Source: Flaccisagitta enflata
Taxonomy: Eukaryota
Direction: 5' to 3'
Assembly (NCBI GenBank): GCA_965153355.1
Contig: OZ231126.1
Span: forward strand, 2,232,001-2,296,000
Length of the DNA: 64,000 nucleotides
In this document: in pieces, positions 51,760 to 64,000 of the stretch
Layout: each line of letters opens with the position of its first letter
How positions within the stretch are numbered: position 1 is the stretch's first letter
The notes under the pieces: model-generated
The model's database searches: none
What the model was told of the DNA's origin: nothing
Seen by the model: the letters and a program-made list of their open reading frames with translations, nothing else
Position numbers and translations under genes: made by a program

Positions 51760-52632
51760 TTCAGCCACATACAGCTGCGACTTGTGCAGAAATAGGGCAC
51801 GTCGCGATGTTCGTCTTTGGCCATTGATCTTCGGGAAGACGCAAATATGCAGGACTGTGATGGAATTGACGCCATTTTTCGTCTTCATGGGCCTGGATGC
51901 CTAGGCTGCAGTGGTCCGGGTTGTTTGACGAGTCAACCCAGCGCCACTGTTGAGGATCAGACCCACTGTGGATCTTGAAGAGACGATTGGCGAAGAATAC
52001 AGGCCTCGGTTTTGCCGGATTGTAAATCATCTTCAGTGCAGATTCAGAGTCAGGACTAAAAATCTGGATGGCTAAAGATTGTCCAAGGATGGCCCTTCCG
52101 ACGAAGCGTTTGAGCTGCACTGCTTACGGATACACCCCTGACCCTCGTGGAACGCTGTTGGTGATGTGAGAAGCACGCGTTTTGGATTGAGTGGAATGAC
52201 GTGAGATTTGGAGGCAAGGAATGAAATGTGAACATCCCCATCTCGATTGACTTGACGTCGATATGCAACTGCTCCATATCCGCTCTTTTTGGAGCCGCAC
52301 GCAAAGATCTCGGACACTTCCGCAATGTCGTTGCTGTCGACGCCGCCATTCCACCAGCGTTCACCTCGGTATTGCTGTAGAAGAGGCCAAGATGAAGTGT
52401 AGCGGAAGAAAGATTCCTCGACGCTTTCTTCCAAGGGCGATCCCATCCCACTTCCTGTGGACGACAGAGCTGAAGATGTCGGCCTACCGATGTATGCACT
52501 TTGACTCCAAAATCCCAATGGATCATAAAGTTTGGCTTTCATGGAGACCAATTGATGAGGTGTTTTTGCTCTAAGAGTTTTGAATTCCTCGTCGCAGATG
52601 AAGATGAAGACGCCTTCCGCCCCTGAAGCCAT
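51760..52632 (-). pseudogene. BEL/Pao RNase H region (fragmented)
   Basis: KVLGVSW, LYDPLGF, SKKSGYGAVAY, FLASKSHVIPL, DSESAL, FFANR, WRWVDSSNNPD. Confidence 0.88.
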
Positions 52633-52639
52633 GAGACGC

Positions 52640-53460
52640 CCAACACCTTCGTCGGCGCATCGTCTTGCTTATCTGAGATGGGAATTGGCACGTTGGGATC
52701 TCCATCCATCAATTGCCGCGCGTTACTTTTCCACTTCACGAGTTCCATCCCGCCTTCAGCCATCGCTGCCACTGCATCCACCTTCAATTGCAGTGCTTCG
52801 TCGACCGAATCCCCACCCCCACTTCCGTCGTCGACGTAGAGCCATAACGGATAAGGTCGTAGACGTTGTAGGGATACTTGGGCCGGATTACTTCAGCATG
52901 CTTTCGGACGGTGAAAGATGTGACAAATGAGCTAGATTGACTGCCGAAGACATGAGATAGGAACAGATTCAAGATTGATTCTCGAAGGGTGCGATCTTTG
53001 AACCAGAAGAATCTGAACAAATCGGCGTCATCAGTATGGACCCGGATTTGGTGGAAAAATGCTTTTATATCGCACATAAAAGCCACCTTCCATTGACGAA
53101 AACGCATTAGAATGTCCATCAAGCTGTTCATCAAGTTGGGACCTCCGACGAGAAGATCATTTAATGAAATCCCATCGGTCTATGCTTGCGCATCGTGACA
53201 TACGCGCGTTTTGCCGCGCAATTCAACAATATGAAGCGGCAAGTACCAGCGCTGCTTCTCAATGCCGTCGTAAAATTAGTCGCTGTCAATTTCAATCGCC
53301 ACTCCCGTCTAGTAAAATTTCTCGATCTCACGGAAGACTCTTTCTTTGAAGGCTGGATCACGCAGCAAACTAGTTGGTTGCCGAGCCGCTTCATCGCAGT
53401 AGGTCGTGGATTCTCTCTTCTCAGAATTTCCATGATCTTTTCACGATGAAATTCCCATGT
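52640..53460 (-). pseudogene. BEL/Pao reverse transcriptase (fragmented)
   Basis: GPNLMNSLMDILMRFR, DIKAFFHQIRV, FRFFW, HVFG, and YVDD in a shifted frame (~52830). Confidence 0.92.
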
Positions 53461-53861
53461 AATGGGAGCAATGTACTTTACCGCAATTGGGCAAAAATAT
53501 GTCTTTTCCTCTAACATTTTATACGCTCTGATATTCTCAAGAGAATCACCCATCTCCTCTTGCGAGGCGACTGATGATGCAAAGTCGTGGTAGAAGATGC
53601 GGTCAATGTTGCTGTTGAGGACGCGATTGTCGAGGATGCGATCGATGTTGTCGTTAAGGACACGGTCGTCCGTTGCGATGGCGCTGATCGATGCAATATC
53701 TCGTCCTCTCTTCCCCGTCTTTCCGCATACCGTCCAACCGAATAGACATCTGAAGCAAGTCAGAGATCCTGAAGGCCCTCGGCGGATTTCTTGAGCGACG
53801 GCGGCATCCGCATGCGCCGCTCCGATGATCATCATCACACCGCCTTCAGCTTCCGGAAATC

Positions 53862-54200
53862 TTATGTCTCTGATGTGAGGTTGGTCAGATAGATCGCGGA
53901 GAAAGGAGGAATATCGCGTTCACTCGTTAACAAATCCCACCAACTATGGGTGGTATCGACGGCGACATTCCCTCGTCGACCCGATTGCATGGTGAATGAT
54001 GTGATGAAACGATCCTCAACAACACGATTTCCCACAGTAATCACCGTCATTTGCACTGTTTTCGTTGGAATCAGAAGACTGCGAATGACATTGGTACTGA
54101 TCACGTCGCGATCAGCGCCTGAGTCGATCATAGCGTATATAGTCCTCTGCGCTCCCGAAGAATTGTTTATGATAGTCACTGGAACGATCGGACGGACAAC
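53862..54200 (-). pseudogene. Aspartic protease
   Basis: VRPIVPV...YAMIDSGADRDVIS catalytic DSG motif directly after Gag. Confidence 0.85.
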
Positions 54201-54245
54201 GTCGTCGAATGAAGAGACGGACCGCGACGTTGCCGTCGCCGCCAG

Positions 54246-55541
54246 TCATGCCGTGGCGTTAGGAGAGATTACTTCCGTTGGATTGGCTGCCTCCGCCGTC
54301 GACGGAGCTGTTGGTGCTGCTGCAGCCGCATCCTCTGACTTTTTGAAGGGAGCCAGCGGTACTTTATTTCCCTGCTTATTTTCTCCTTTCTTCTCTTCCT
54401 TTTCTTCTTTCTTGTAGGTGCGCCCGTGGAGAATAGTCGCGTGCCGCTTCTTGCAGATCTGGCAAGTTGGTCTGTTCGCGCACCCTTTGGCGTTGTGTCC
54501 TGGCGCGAGACAGTGGAAGCAAAGACGACGAGACATGATCTTCTGAACTCTCGCGTCCACTTCCAACTCTGACAACTGATGACACTCTTCCGTTTGATGC
54601 ATTCCACTGCAGACGTTGCAGCGGTCCGTCGACTGCACTTTTTGCTTGCCATTGGTCAAGGCGTCCTCGTATGAAGATGGCGCCTCTTTTTCTGTCGTTG
54701 CAACTGCTGCCACTGATGCCGTTTTGCAGCTTGCGCCTTTGTTGCGCTGAATCACCGCCCATGTTTCAATCATATGAACCAAGTTGTCGAATGAGAATAA
54801 CTGTCCATTTTGGGCTGCTTCATGTTGCTTTTCCCAGAATTTATCCGCAAGATGAGGGACCCTCTTATTGAGGATCTCCTGCAGCAGCTCGTCGCGATAG
54901 CATTGTTGCACTTCTCCACAGGTCCTCGCAATCTTCTTTGCTTTTTGCAACCTTGCAGACAAATTGAAATGCCTTGCATGGTCGGCCGACTGGATCTTCG
55001 CCTCCGCGACGATTTCGTTGAACAGCGCCGCAATGTTGCAGCGCCTTGCCATAAAGACGACGTCCATTTTTGCGAAGGCGTCGTCAATTTCTCCTCTTGC
55101 TGTCGCTTCAGTTGCATCAATCGTCGCAGTTTCAATGATCTCCTTTGCCGGACCAGCAAACCACTTAGGCAATTCCAATAAGATGTCCATTTGCGTCAAG
55201 CCTTCATGCTTCTCAGCATCCTTGAACTTCCTCTTCCACATCATAAAGTCGGTGGACGAAAGCTCCTGCAGAGGCTTCTCGGGTCTTGCTCTCTCCAACG
55301 CTTTGAGGCCGACCTCCCTTGCTCGCATGAGATCGTTGTACGCCGCTCTTTCCAAAAACATGTCCAGAGCCGGATTGTTGGGCATCTGAACGTGGACTTC
55401 CGGTTGACGGGCCACTTGATGATGCTCCACCTGATGATACGCTGGAGGTTGTTGGGTCAACGCGTATTGACCCCCGACTTTGACCGGAGATCTCTTTTTG
55501 GTGGTTTTTACGCTCCACCCAACTTCTTCTTGCTGATTCAT
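54246..55541 (-). CDS. BEL/Pao Gag core with three Zn knuckles
   Basis: CNVCSGMHQTEEC, CFHCLAPGHNAKGC, CQICKKRHATILH in a 431-aa open frame. Confidence 0.92.
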   Translation of the reverse strand: MNQQEEVGWSVKTTKKRSPVKVGGQYALTQQPPAYHQVEHHQVARQPEVHVQMPNNPALDMFLERAAYNDLMRAREVGLKALERARPEKPLQELSSTDFMMWKRKFKDAEKHEGLTQMDILLELPKWFAGPAKEIIETATIDATEATARGEIDDAFAKMDVVFMARRCNIAALFNEIVAEAKIQSADHARHFNLSARLQKAKKIARTCGEVQQCYRDELLQEILNKRVPHLADKFWEKQHEAAQNGQLFSFDNLVHMIETWAVIQRNKGASCKTASVAAVATTEKEAPSSYEDALTNGKQKVQSTDRCNVCSGMHQTEECHQLSELEVDARVQKIMSRRLCFHCLAPGHNAKGCANRPTCQICKKRHATILHGRTYKKEEKEEKKGENKQGNKVPLAPFKKSEDAAAAAPTAPSTAEAANPTEVISPNATA

Positions 55542-55553
55542 CTGTTGTTGTGA

Positions 55554-58064
55554 TCATCTTGATGAATCGGGATCAAAATCTTGGCGGACGTACTGTCGCT
55601 GTTGTTGTTCTTTTTCGTTGTTTCTCTCTTCTTCTCTCATCGCGGCAAGGTCAAAGTCTCTCTGCTGAATCTGCGTCTTCAAACTATCCACTTCCTGCTG
55701 CAAACGTTGATTCTGCTGGATGACTTCCGCTTGAGGCGTTGCTAGAGGCGCTTGCGCTACTTTTGGCACCTTCGGCTGCAATCCACTCGTTGTCTTCTTG
55801 GGAGCGACTTTTCTTCTCTCCTTATCTTGCAGCTGCTGTGTAACAGCGCGTCAGCGGCCTCCTGCCTCTGCCTCATGCATCGCCTCCGTTGCATCACCTC
55901 CGCTTCCGGCTGTGTTGAAGACTTTTTCCTCTTGATGGGGAAGACCAGTCTCCCTTCTAGCAGAATCAATCTGCTTCTCGAAGATCACTTCCGGTGCGGT
56001 AGGGAGAATCGTTGCTGCTGGGGTTTGGTGATGCTGATCCTGATGCTGTTGCTGTTGTTGAAGCCGTTGCTGCTGCCACTGTTGATGTTGAAGCTGCTGT
56101 TGCTGGTCAGGATACTGTTGCTGTTCATTCTGCTGCTGCAGTTGACGCTGACGTTGTCCTTGCTGCTGCTGCTGCTCCAACTGTTGCTGCTGCTGCATCG
56201 GCTGCTTGACGGACGTTTCCACTGACTGCACATGATGTTGCTGTAAGTTCGAATTGAACAATCCCGGATTGAAATTTCTGAAGATAGATCGACGGTCTTT
56301 TGGCGGATGCTGCGGCTGCTGCTTGTCCAGCTCAGACAATTGTCTAAGCTTCACATCCCGCTGCTCTAAAGCTCCACCAATGCCGCCGTCGTTCAGGCTA
56401 TTCCAGTGCTTTAGTTGCATTTCTGCCGCATTGTTGAACTCCCGCTCTTCTATCTTCATCTCGTTGCTGCTGTTGGCGAAAGTTACACATTCTGTCGTAT
56501 AACTCTTTGTCTTCTTGTGATGAGCTTCGCTGTTAGAATCCCAATGGCACATGATCGGCGCCTTTGGAGCTGTTGCTGCACCACCACCTTCACCTTCAGC
56601 CATCATGCGCAGACGTTGTTCTGCAAGGCGTTGCTGTCTCTCTTCCTCTGTTTCTTCACTGACGTTCATGCTTTCGACAGGATGGTTATTTGACGCTGGA
56701 GGATCCACTACCACCGCTGGGATCGCGGCGGAAGGTTGCTGTTGCTGCTGCAGTTGCTGTTGCATACGTTCGTCTGCGTTATTTTGCCGCTGTTGTTGTT
56801 GTTCATGCGGCTGCACGACCGGTTGATGTTGTTGCAGCCCTTGTTGTTGTTGCTGTTGTTGCTGCTGCTGCTGCTCGTGTTGTTGCTGTTGTTGAACCAC
56901 ATGTTGTGGCGCCGGCTGCAAAATTTGACGTTGTTGTTGGTCTTGTTGACGAAATTGTTGAAGTTGCTGCAGCTGCTGCTGCTGCAGCAGCTCTTGCTGC
57001 TGCCGTTGAGCTGTCGTTTGCTGCTGCTCCTGTGGTCGGTGGAGTTGACGTTGCTGTTGGAGTTACTGCTGCTGCTTCTGTTGTTGATGCTGCTGCTGTT
57101 GCTCCTGCTGCTGTCGCTGCTCCTCCTCCCATTGTTGCTGCTGCATATCATCTATCAACCGACATCCATGCCGCATTTCCTCCTCCAGCTGCCTACCCCA
57201 TCTGTCTCTCTCATCGCTCCTGTTAATGAAGCTTCTTCTCGCCCTCTCCTGCGGCGTCAGTCCGTTGATGATCCCACGACCTCTTGCGAGAGCATCGGCG
57301 TCGTCGAGATCCGAAACATGTCGTCAGCTTGCTCCATCGGAGACATATGCGCAGGTTCAATTTCCGAGAACAAATCCGATACCCATTGATTGGCGGCATC
57401 TCCTCTTTGGATCGGCGACAGGTGCAAAAATTGGCCGCCAGTTGGCGATTGCGCTTCATGTCATTGAGCCGGAAGTGGTGGATACTCGGATCCGTCGGGG
57501 TTTCAGCAAAGACGTTACATCATGCCCAATTGTTGGAGCGCCAGTCCATTGTCATAGCAGGCGACATGAGTGTCAGTTGAGAACTGGCCCATGAGAATTG
57601 GGTGTGGGTCTTTAAGTTTCCCAATGTGTTTAGCTATTGCGTGCTGATATGTCGGCGTTGGAAGGAAAACCCTCTGGATGATTTCACGATCGAAGAAGCG
57701 CGCCAGTTACGTTAGCGCAGGTCGAAGCGCAAGTGGGCGTCGCGAATGAAGAAGGTGCATGGACATCGGTGAAAGCGCCATTTTGCGCTAGATGCGATAT
57801 AAAGTCGTAGACCATATCCCGAAAGGCGTGTAAGGCACATGCATCTGATTCTGAGCGGCGTCGTGAGTGTTGATCACTTGCGCAAGTAACATGGCGCATT
57901 AAGAAAAGGCGCAGAGCATCTTCCATCTCCGCCCCACGTGATATAGGTTTCTCATCGCACATAACTTGATCCGACCTCGGCGACCCACTGATTCAAGCCG
58001 AGAAGTGAGATACGAGAGGCGTTGAGCGTGATGGGGGCGTGTCGTCGTTATAAGCGAATGCCAT
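55554..58064 (-). pseudogene. Extended Gag N-terminus: Cys/His-containing head, then polyglutamine-rich region (frameshifted)
   Basis: CAG/CAA-rich ORF 55851-56921 and continuation to ~57200; candidate ATG at 58064. Confidence 0.65.
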
Positions 58065-58514
58065 TGTCCAATTTAGCTTTCGGGTGGATGGAAAGAATGG
58101 AGTCGTTTTAAATTGTTGAAATATAATTCACCTTCACGAGGTTCAACTGGCACTGTCTATGAGCGTCTATCTGACTGTGAACTTGTGGTGAAAGAAAGTT
58201 GTCCGATTGGAAAATAGGAAGGCGATCGTCTCGTTTATTCCTTAAAAATTTCAACAACTGAAGAGAGGGGAAAAAATGAAAGTGAAAGAGTTAATTTTTG
58301 ATCAGCAAACGCAAAAGATAACATGAAATGGGGACAAAGGACACAATAAAAGAGGACCAAGAAAACAGCACATGACAACATGTTCTAAATATTCTTCAGA
58401 GCCCATGCCACACCTGATAATACCTGCCTACTAGCCTATCCCATTAGATTCATCATAATAGCTACATGATAGCTGATCAGGTAAGCGATAAAACCATACT
58501 AAAAATCCGGCGAT

Positions 58515-59037
58515 AAATGCCAAAGGGCAAAAGACAAAATAACAGACCGGAAGACAAGATAAAAACAATTTAATAAAAGCAAAGGCAACGTCTATAAACT
58601 TACTTTTAGGCCCACTTTCGTTGGTAGTTTCAACCCACAGTCATCAGAAGTCAAATTATTAATTGTCCGTTCCTCAAAGTTTATCTGCAGCAAGAATAAG
58701 GAATTATTAGAAATTAGCAAATTCAGGGCACATTCGTCAATCACCGAAAATCAATCCTTTAGGAAGCAATGCGCAAAATAAAAATAGAGATCCAATCCCG
58801 TCCAAAAGAAATTGGATGATGCGAAGGCTTGATTACGTATGTATGCCTACGTAATAAAAACAAATGGCACAAAATACAAGGCGCAACCATATGGTTACCC
58901 ATCTAGCGTTCAATATAAAAAATGGCGAGAAACAAAAGACGCTGGCATTGAATAATAGAGAAAGAAGAAAAGCCAAAGCACGCAAAAAAAACAAAAGCAC
59001 ACATACTTAAGAAACGGACGGACATACATTTCTAACA
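58515..59037 (-). repeat. 5' LTR (low-coordinate boundary approximate)
   Basis: Direct repeat of 46175-46696; homology stops exactly at ...TTTCTAACA (59037). Confidence 0.88.
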
Positions 59038-59997
59038 CACTCACTTTGCTCACTCCCTCGTGAGACAGTTGAATTAATGAATATGTGTTCAGACTGAAAA
59101 GGCGTACAACAGGAACAAACGCGTTTTTGGTCATCATAAGAAACACACCCAAAGCCAATGAGATCATCAATGATGACAGTAACACGAGTAGATTGTGAAT
59201 AAAAGACACATTTTAGATGAGTGTTGTTCAATGCCTTAGGTATTTAAGTTTGGAGATCTGTAAAAGTAATCTGTAGAGATTCCATGTGCTTATCCAGTTG
59301 TACTTCTATTGTCCAAATCCTAGCCCAAGTGACGCAATTTAAGTCTAGCTCTGCCTTCTGAAGCGAAGGTGTGTCTCAAATCTGTGATGCTAGCATAGGT
59401 TAATCCCGATTAAACGGATTTCAGTGGATCAATAAATTTCATCTGTTACAAGCGGAATTCTATTCTTGCTTATAGAGGAACAAGGCCGGATACACGGCGA
59501 GACAGTCGCGGATGGTTAGGCAGGGGCAGTAACGCCTAAACCACTCGCTATTTGTACAGAGAAATTGATTTCAAGCACCCATGTCTGTTTTTTTTTCTCC
59601 GTATTTCTAGTCGCGTGCTACGCGACTCTACACCCCACTTTGCCGGTCCGTCCGTCCGTCCGTCCATCCGTCGGTCCATCCGTCTGTCTGTCCGTCCGTC
59701 ACGCTTTACCTGTTTTTTGTTTTTTGCGGTCTTTGGTCTAACTGCTCCTGCCCAAATGATCAAGTGGGGTAGCCGTATATCCGGCCTTGTTCCAGTATGC
59801 TGTAAAATGAGCAACTAAACCTCTTTTGAATCCAGCAGGAACTATCTTGAGGATGAGCTCGAGGATCCATATAAATGTATAGCTAGGAAGCCTAGGATAA
59901 TTTGATTTTATGTTAATCTAATTGAAACATCAATAGAATCCTAAATATCGGGTGGGACTGCTTAAACACCTCTCCAACACCATCATCAATCATAATA

Positions 59998-60157
59998 CAG
60001 TTGAACCCTGCTCTAACGGACCCACCACCAACGGGATTCCGCCTATAACAGACGTATGTTAATTTCTTTTATTTCCTTTGTTGGCATTATCAAAAGTCCT
60101 CCAATAACAAACAAAAATTGTTGATCCTTTGAAATCCGTTATAGCTGGGTTCAGCTG
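59998..60157. mobile_element. pogo/Tigger-like MITE
   Basis: TA|CAGTTGAACCCTGCT ... AGCTGGGTTCAGCTG. Confidence 0.7.
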
Positions 60158-61339
60158 TGACAAGATTTACCAATTCAATGACCATGGGATATGAATATGG
60201 TATTCAAGGTACCGGTAACCTCCTCTTGTCAACATAGGATACAAGGAGATATTCTTTACCGTTCATGCCTCACCCCAAGCGATATTGGGTTGTGACATAT
60301 GACAAACCGGTTGTCCTACGCAAATGTCTTTAACTTGACAAGATTACCGGGCCTGAAATTCTATCGCGAATGGGTGAGCATCTAAAATGTCCGGAATTAC
60401 ACTTTTTCAATCGACGGCGGAGGGTTGGACGGACCGAAGGACGGACAACACCCCTTACATATAGAGTCGTAACTCCGCAGCTAAAGATACCCAGTCAGAG
60501 AGAGAAGAGAGAGAGACAGACCAGTTTTTTTGATGAATTAGAAAGAGAGAGAACCGGTTTTTTCAATGAATTTCAAATTCCTTTTGCCATGGATGATGGA
60601 TCTTTGGTGAGGAACTGAACATTTTGCCTCAGTTTGATCTACTCCTTCCTCGCGCTGGTTTCGTAATCTTACCGCCTAAGGCACGACTCTGTTACCAACG
60701 CACATTCGTTTCTACAGGCAAATCGTCAGCTAAAACCGCGAGAACACGACATTTGAAATTGCGTTTTTTTCTGTTGTTATATTGAAGTATGTATGTCTAC
60801 GTAATCAAATCCACATTTGTATCGGTTTTTTTCATCAAATGGGATGTCCTTACTAGGCCTGATTACCAGAGAGCTCAGTGGCCTTCCAGATTCTGTGAAA
60901 ATCGAGTGTTGACAGTAATCGTTCATTTTGGGTGCAAATCAAATATTTTGCACAATTTTACTCTAGGACCCATTAATTCATGGCTTTCCACTGTCACAGC
61001 CCAAAAATCTCACTTTTTTTCTAAAGTTTTGTGTCCCCAGTGAGTGATCGAATAATAAGCCTGAAATTGCAAATGAAGCACCAGTAAAACATACTTTTCT
61101 TTTTTTGCACAGTAATGCACAGCATAAGACCAGTTCTTTTATATCGCTGATTGAGTTTGGAACAAATGGGGAACAGTTTGATCACCGCCCGGTCCCGCCC
61201 AAGGGCGCTTTTCAAGGGATTTCCAGTTCTTGGAATATGTAAATTAAGCCAAAATGAGTTTGGTCCATTAGCAGAACCCATGTCCAACGGTCAATCTTAA
61301 TGTGTTTACACTATCCTTTGGCCCTCCAGGTGTTCCCGC

Positions 61340-61535
61340 ATTCATTCATTCATTCATTTATTCATTCATTCATTCATCCATCCATTCATTCATTCATTTA
61401 TTCATTCATTTAACCCATTTGCTGATTGAAATAGAGATAGAAGAAGAAGAAGAAGAAGAAGAAGAAGAAGAAGAAGAAGAAGAAGAAGAAGAAGAAGAAG
61501 AAGAAGAAGACGAAGAAGAAGACGAAGAAAAAGAA
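61340..61535. repeat. (ATTC)n followed by (GAA)n microsatellites
   Basis: Direct reading. Confidence 0.95.
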
Positions 61536-62914
61536 GTAGGACTAAATAGAAAGGAGAAGGAAGAAAGATAAGAAGAGAAAGTGGAATGAGACGGAGAAAA
61601 GGGAAAAAGAAAATAAGGACAGGGAGAAACCAAACCAGAAAAAGGGAGAAGTCGACGCAGAGGCCCATGGATTTATCAGAGGTTTGTATTCTTTGGTCAA
61701 GAATATTTCATCATTTCAATTCCAACTTTTTTGGCTCAGTCGGTCCGTTTGTTTGTCAGCCCATTGGTCAGTACATTATGCTCAAGAGTGAAAACTCACA
61801 TATAGGTGGGGAAAGGGTAAGGGAAGGAAGGATTAACGCCATTTGTGACCATGCCTTAACCTAGTAAACAGTATCATCATTCAATAAACACGCATTCACG
61901 CTTTTGTTCAGTTTTCGTTTGTTCACTTACCAAATAATTCATTCATTCATTTATTCACTTATTCATTCATTCGTTCATTCATTTGTTCTAAGAGGGGGGA
62001 TGTCTACGTCTTAGTAATTTCCATGTAAAAATCTTTGCAGGATTAGATAGATTCAAGCTGTGAGGGAGGTTCTCTTTATTTTTCAAATTCTCTGCATATT
62101 GGGTTGAACCAACTAAAATATGGGACAAAAGTAAAAAAATATAATTATTTGATAATTCAAATTTTTTTTTTAAACTTAGTTTTTCATTTCATCTATAAGT
62201 TTGTATTAGTTGATTCAGATAATGATTAACACTTTTAGTATGTTTTCTATGTTGTTCTGCTTGTTATTTATTCAAAAATATATGTTTTACAGTAAAATAA
62301 ATATCTTATCCGGCTGATTGTGGTCTGTAATGAAATTGATCGGTTAAGTAAATTTGATAATTCTTTTTAATTTAGTGCCAAGCAGAATTCTCTACAACAA
62401 ATATTTTTCAAGTTATGATTTTTTTCAAAAATTTATTTATAAAAAATTCAAATTGATTTTTCTCTGAATTTTTACTGATTTTATATAGGATCAATAAAGG
62501 AGTGTATCTATGCTTGTTTGAGTATGCAGATACAAGAAAGCATGTCTATGAGCATAGCTAGTCATCTGTGCGAGTGATTTCAAGTATTTCATTCCATCTG
62601 GTTTATTATGCGTAATCATATTTTTCTCTGTTTTTCAGTACAATCAATACAATTGCTCTTGATTAAATCTAACAACTAAAAAAATTGCAATGATTGAAGA
62701 CAAAAGTTTGGTGGAAAGTGGCCAATGCTTACGACTTTTTTCCTCACAGCAATAGCCCCCATTACTGGTGTTCAAAAACAATTTTTAATGATAAACAGAA
62801 AATCTAAAAAACATCTTTATACAAAGCGTATTTAACACTTTTAAATGAGCAAAATTAGAATATCATAACCGAAAAATTTTAGCAAAAATAGAAATAAAAC
62901 AATATACATTTTAC

Positions 62915-63165
62915 TAGAGATGCAGAAGCGGAAGCGGAAGCGGAAGCGGAAGCGGGCGGAAGCGGTACTTTGTACGTGGAAGTGGAAGCGGAAGCGGAAG
63001 CGCAATTTGGAAACTTGTTGGAAGCGGAAGCGGAAGCAAAAACAGATTTTTGAACTTCATTGGAAGCGGAAGCGGAAGCGAGAAAAAAAAATTTGGCTGA
63101 ATGGAAGCGGAAGCGGAAGCGGAACCTTATCCGCTTCCGCTTCCGCTTCCGCTTCCACATCCCTT
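62915..63165. mobile_element. hAT-like MITE with (GCGGAA)n / (TTCCGC)n inverted subterminal arrays; degenerate relative at ~12858-13050
   Basis: TAGAGATG start, CATCCCT end, hexamer array that flips orientation at ~63128; no TSD seen. Confidence 0.6.
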
Positions 63166-63478
63166 GGTCATGATGCTCGTAAATCACATAAGTCATGGTT
63201 TCAGTCATACTCTATTTTCTATGATTTTATTTCAGTCATTCAAAATCTTTTGTGGTATGTGTGTACTGGTTTACTTACCATTGCTTCATCACTTAATTTT
63301 ATGTTTGGCCGTGGCATTTTTCCTGTGTGAATGAGCTGATCTTATGTGACTATAAGTACATTACATGGGAAAAATCAAAGATCGTTAGACCAGGAAGTAG
63401 GGGGGAAGAATGAACTTCAATAACTTATTCATTCTTTTGTTAGTTCAGTTATCCCTTCATTTTTCTCATCTTTTCATT

Positions 63479-63480
<2 letters not shown>

Positions 63481-63555
<75 letters not shown>

Positions 63556-63640
63556 TTGTTGTTGTTGTTGTTATTGTTGAAGGTCTTGTTGTTTTGTTGT
63601 TGTTGTTGTTGTTGATGTTGTTATTGTTTTTGTTGTTGTT
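63481..63640. repeat. (TTG)n microsatellite
   Basis: Direct reading. Confidence 0.97.
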
Positions 63641-64000
63641 TCTATGTTATTTAAAGGGTTTGGTATTTGACTACAGCAATCAAATTCTGGCCGTTTTATT
63701 CTTTAGCATATCATTCTCACTTCAAAGTCTATCTGACTTCAACTATGAAAAATTGATGTTGATCTGCCATGAACTTGCTTTTAAAAAAACTTCGCCGTTC
63801 GTGACACTTCTCTTCTTAAACTGCTGCACCGTTATTCTTTGTCGATCTGACAGTAACACGCTACTATCTATAATCATTGAGAAAAAAAAATGAAAATAAT
63901 TGGTCCATAACTTCAATTCCACAATCATTGTAGCAATATACAAGTTAACAAATGATAAAGAGCAAGCAAGGATATTGTGAAATTATGTATGAAATCATAT

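Larger units (their letters stand above)
46175..59037 (-). mobile_element. BEL/Pao LTR retrotransposon, ~12.9 kb
   Basis: Direct terminal repeats starting TGTTAG on the minus strand, PPT, Gag triple Zn-knuckle, and PR-RT-RH-IN order. Confidence 0.92.

Noticed and set aside
55752-57389. Plus-strand Leu/Val/Ala-rich ORFs resembling membrane proteins
   Set aside because: Antisense shadows of the CAG/CAA polyQ region of Gag.
58505-58522. Primer-binding site TGGCATTTATCGCCGGAT (resembles a tRNA-Tyr-type PBS)
   Set aside because: Only the ends match, no CA LTR terminus precedes it, and part of it aligns with the 3' LTR; left unresolved.

Overview
AT-rich, repeat-saturated eukaryotic DNA, probably from an invertebrate animal; the species cannot be determined from the sequence. 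No rRNA, bona fide tRNA or CRISPR array was found. Two autonomous-type retroelements dominate the coding content. (1) A ~12.9 kb BEL/Pao LTR retrotransposon (- strand, ~46175-59037) with two LTRs, a PPT, a polyglutamine-rich Gag with the triple Zn-knuckle, and PR-RT-RH-IN in many frameshifted pieces. It also carries an unexpected ~3 kb accessory coding region with intron-like signals between integrase and the 3' LTR. (2) A nearly intact APE+RT LINE (- strand, ~28470-31640) with only two visible lesions, nested in a hAT-type element that itself splits a foldback MITE. The best host-gene candidate is a 90-aa signal-peptide/14-Cys ORF (36577-36849). It has a plausible TATA+Inr promoter and an in-phase splice option to a hydrophobic exon, suggesting secreted versus membrane-anchored isoforms. 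The rest is a nested mosaic of DINE-1/Helentron-like non-autonomous elements (three families), TIR MITEs with TA, TTAA, 4-bp and 8-bp TSDs, tandem arrays (10, 20, 21, 112 and ~182 bp units) and microsatellites, plus scattered exon-like relics. A GAAAG-N13-CTTTC motif recurs across unrelated element families. All coordinates were read by eye; boundaries without a TSD are approximate.
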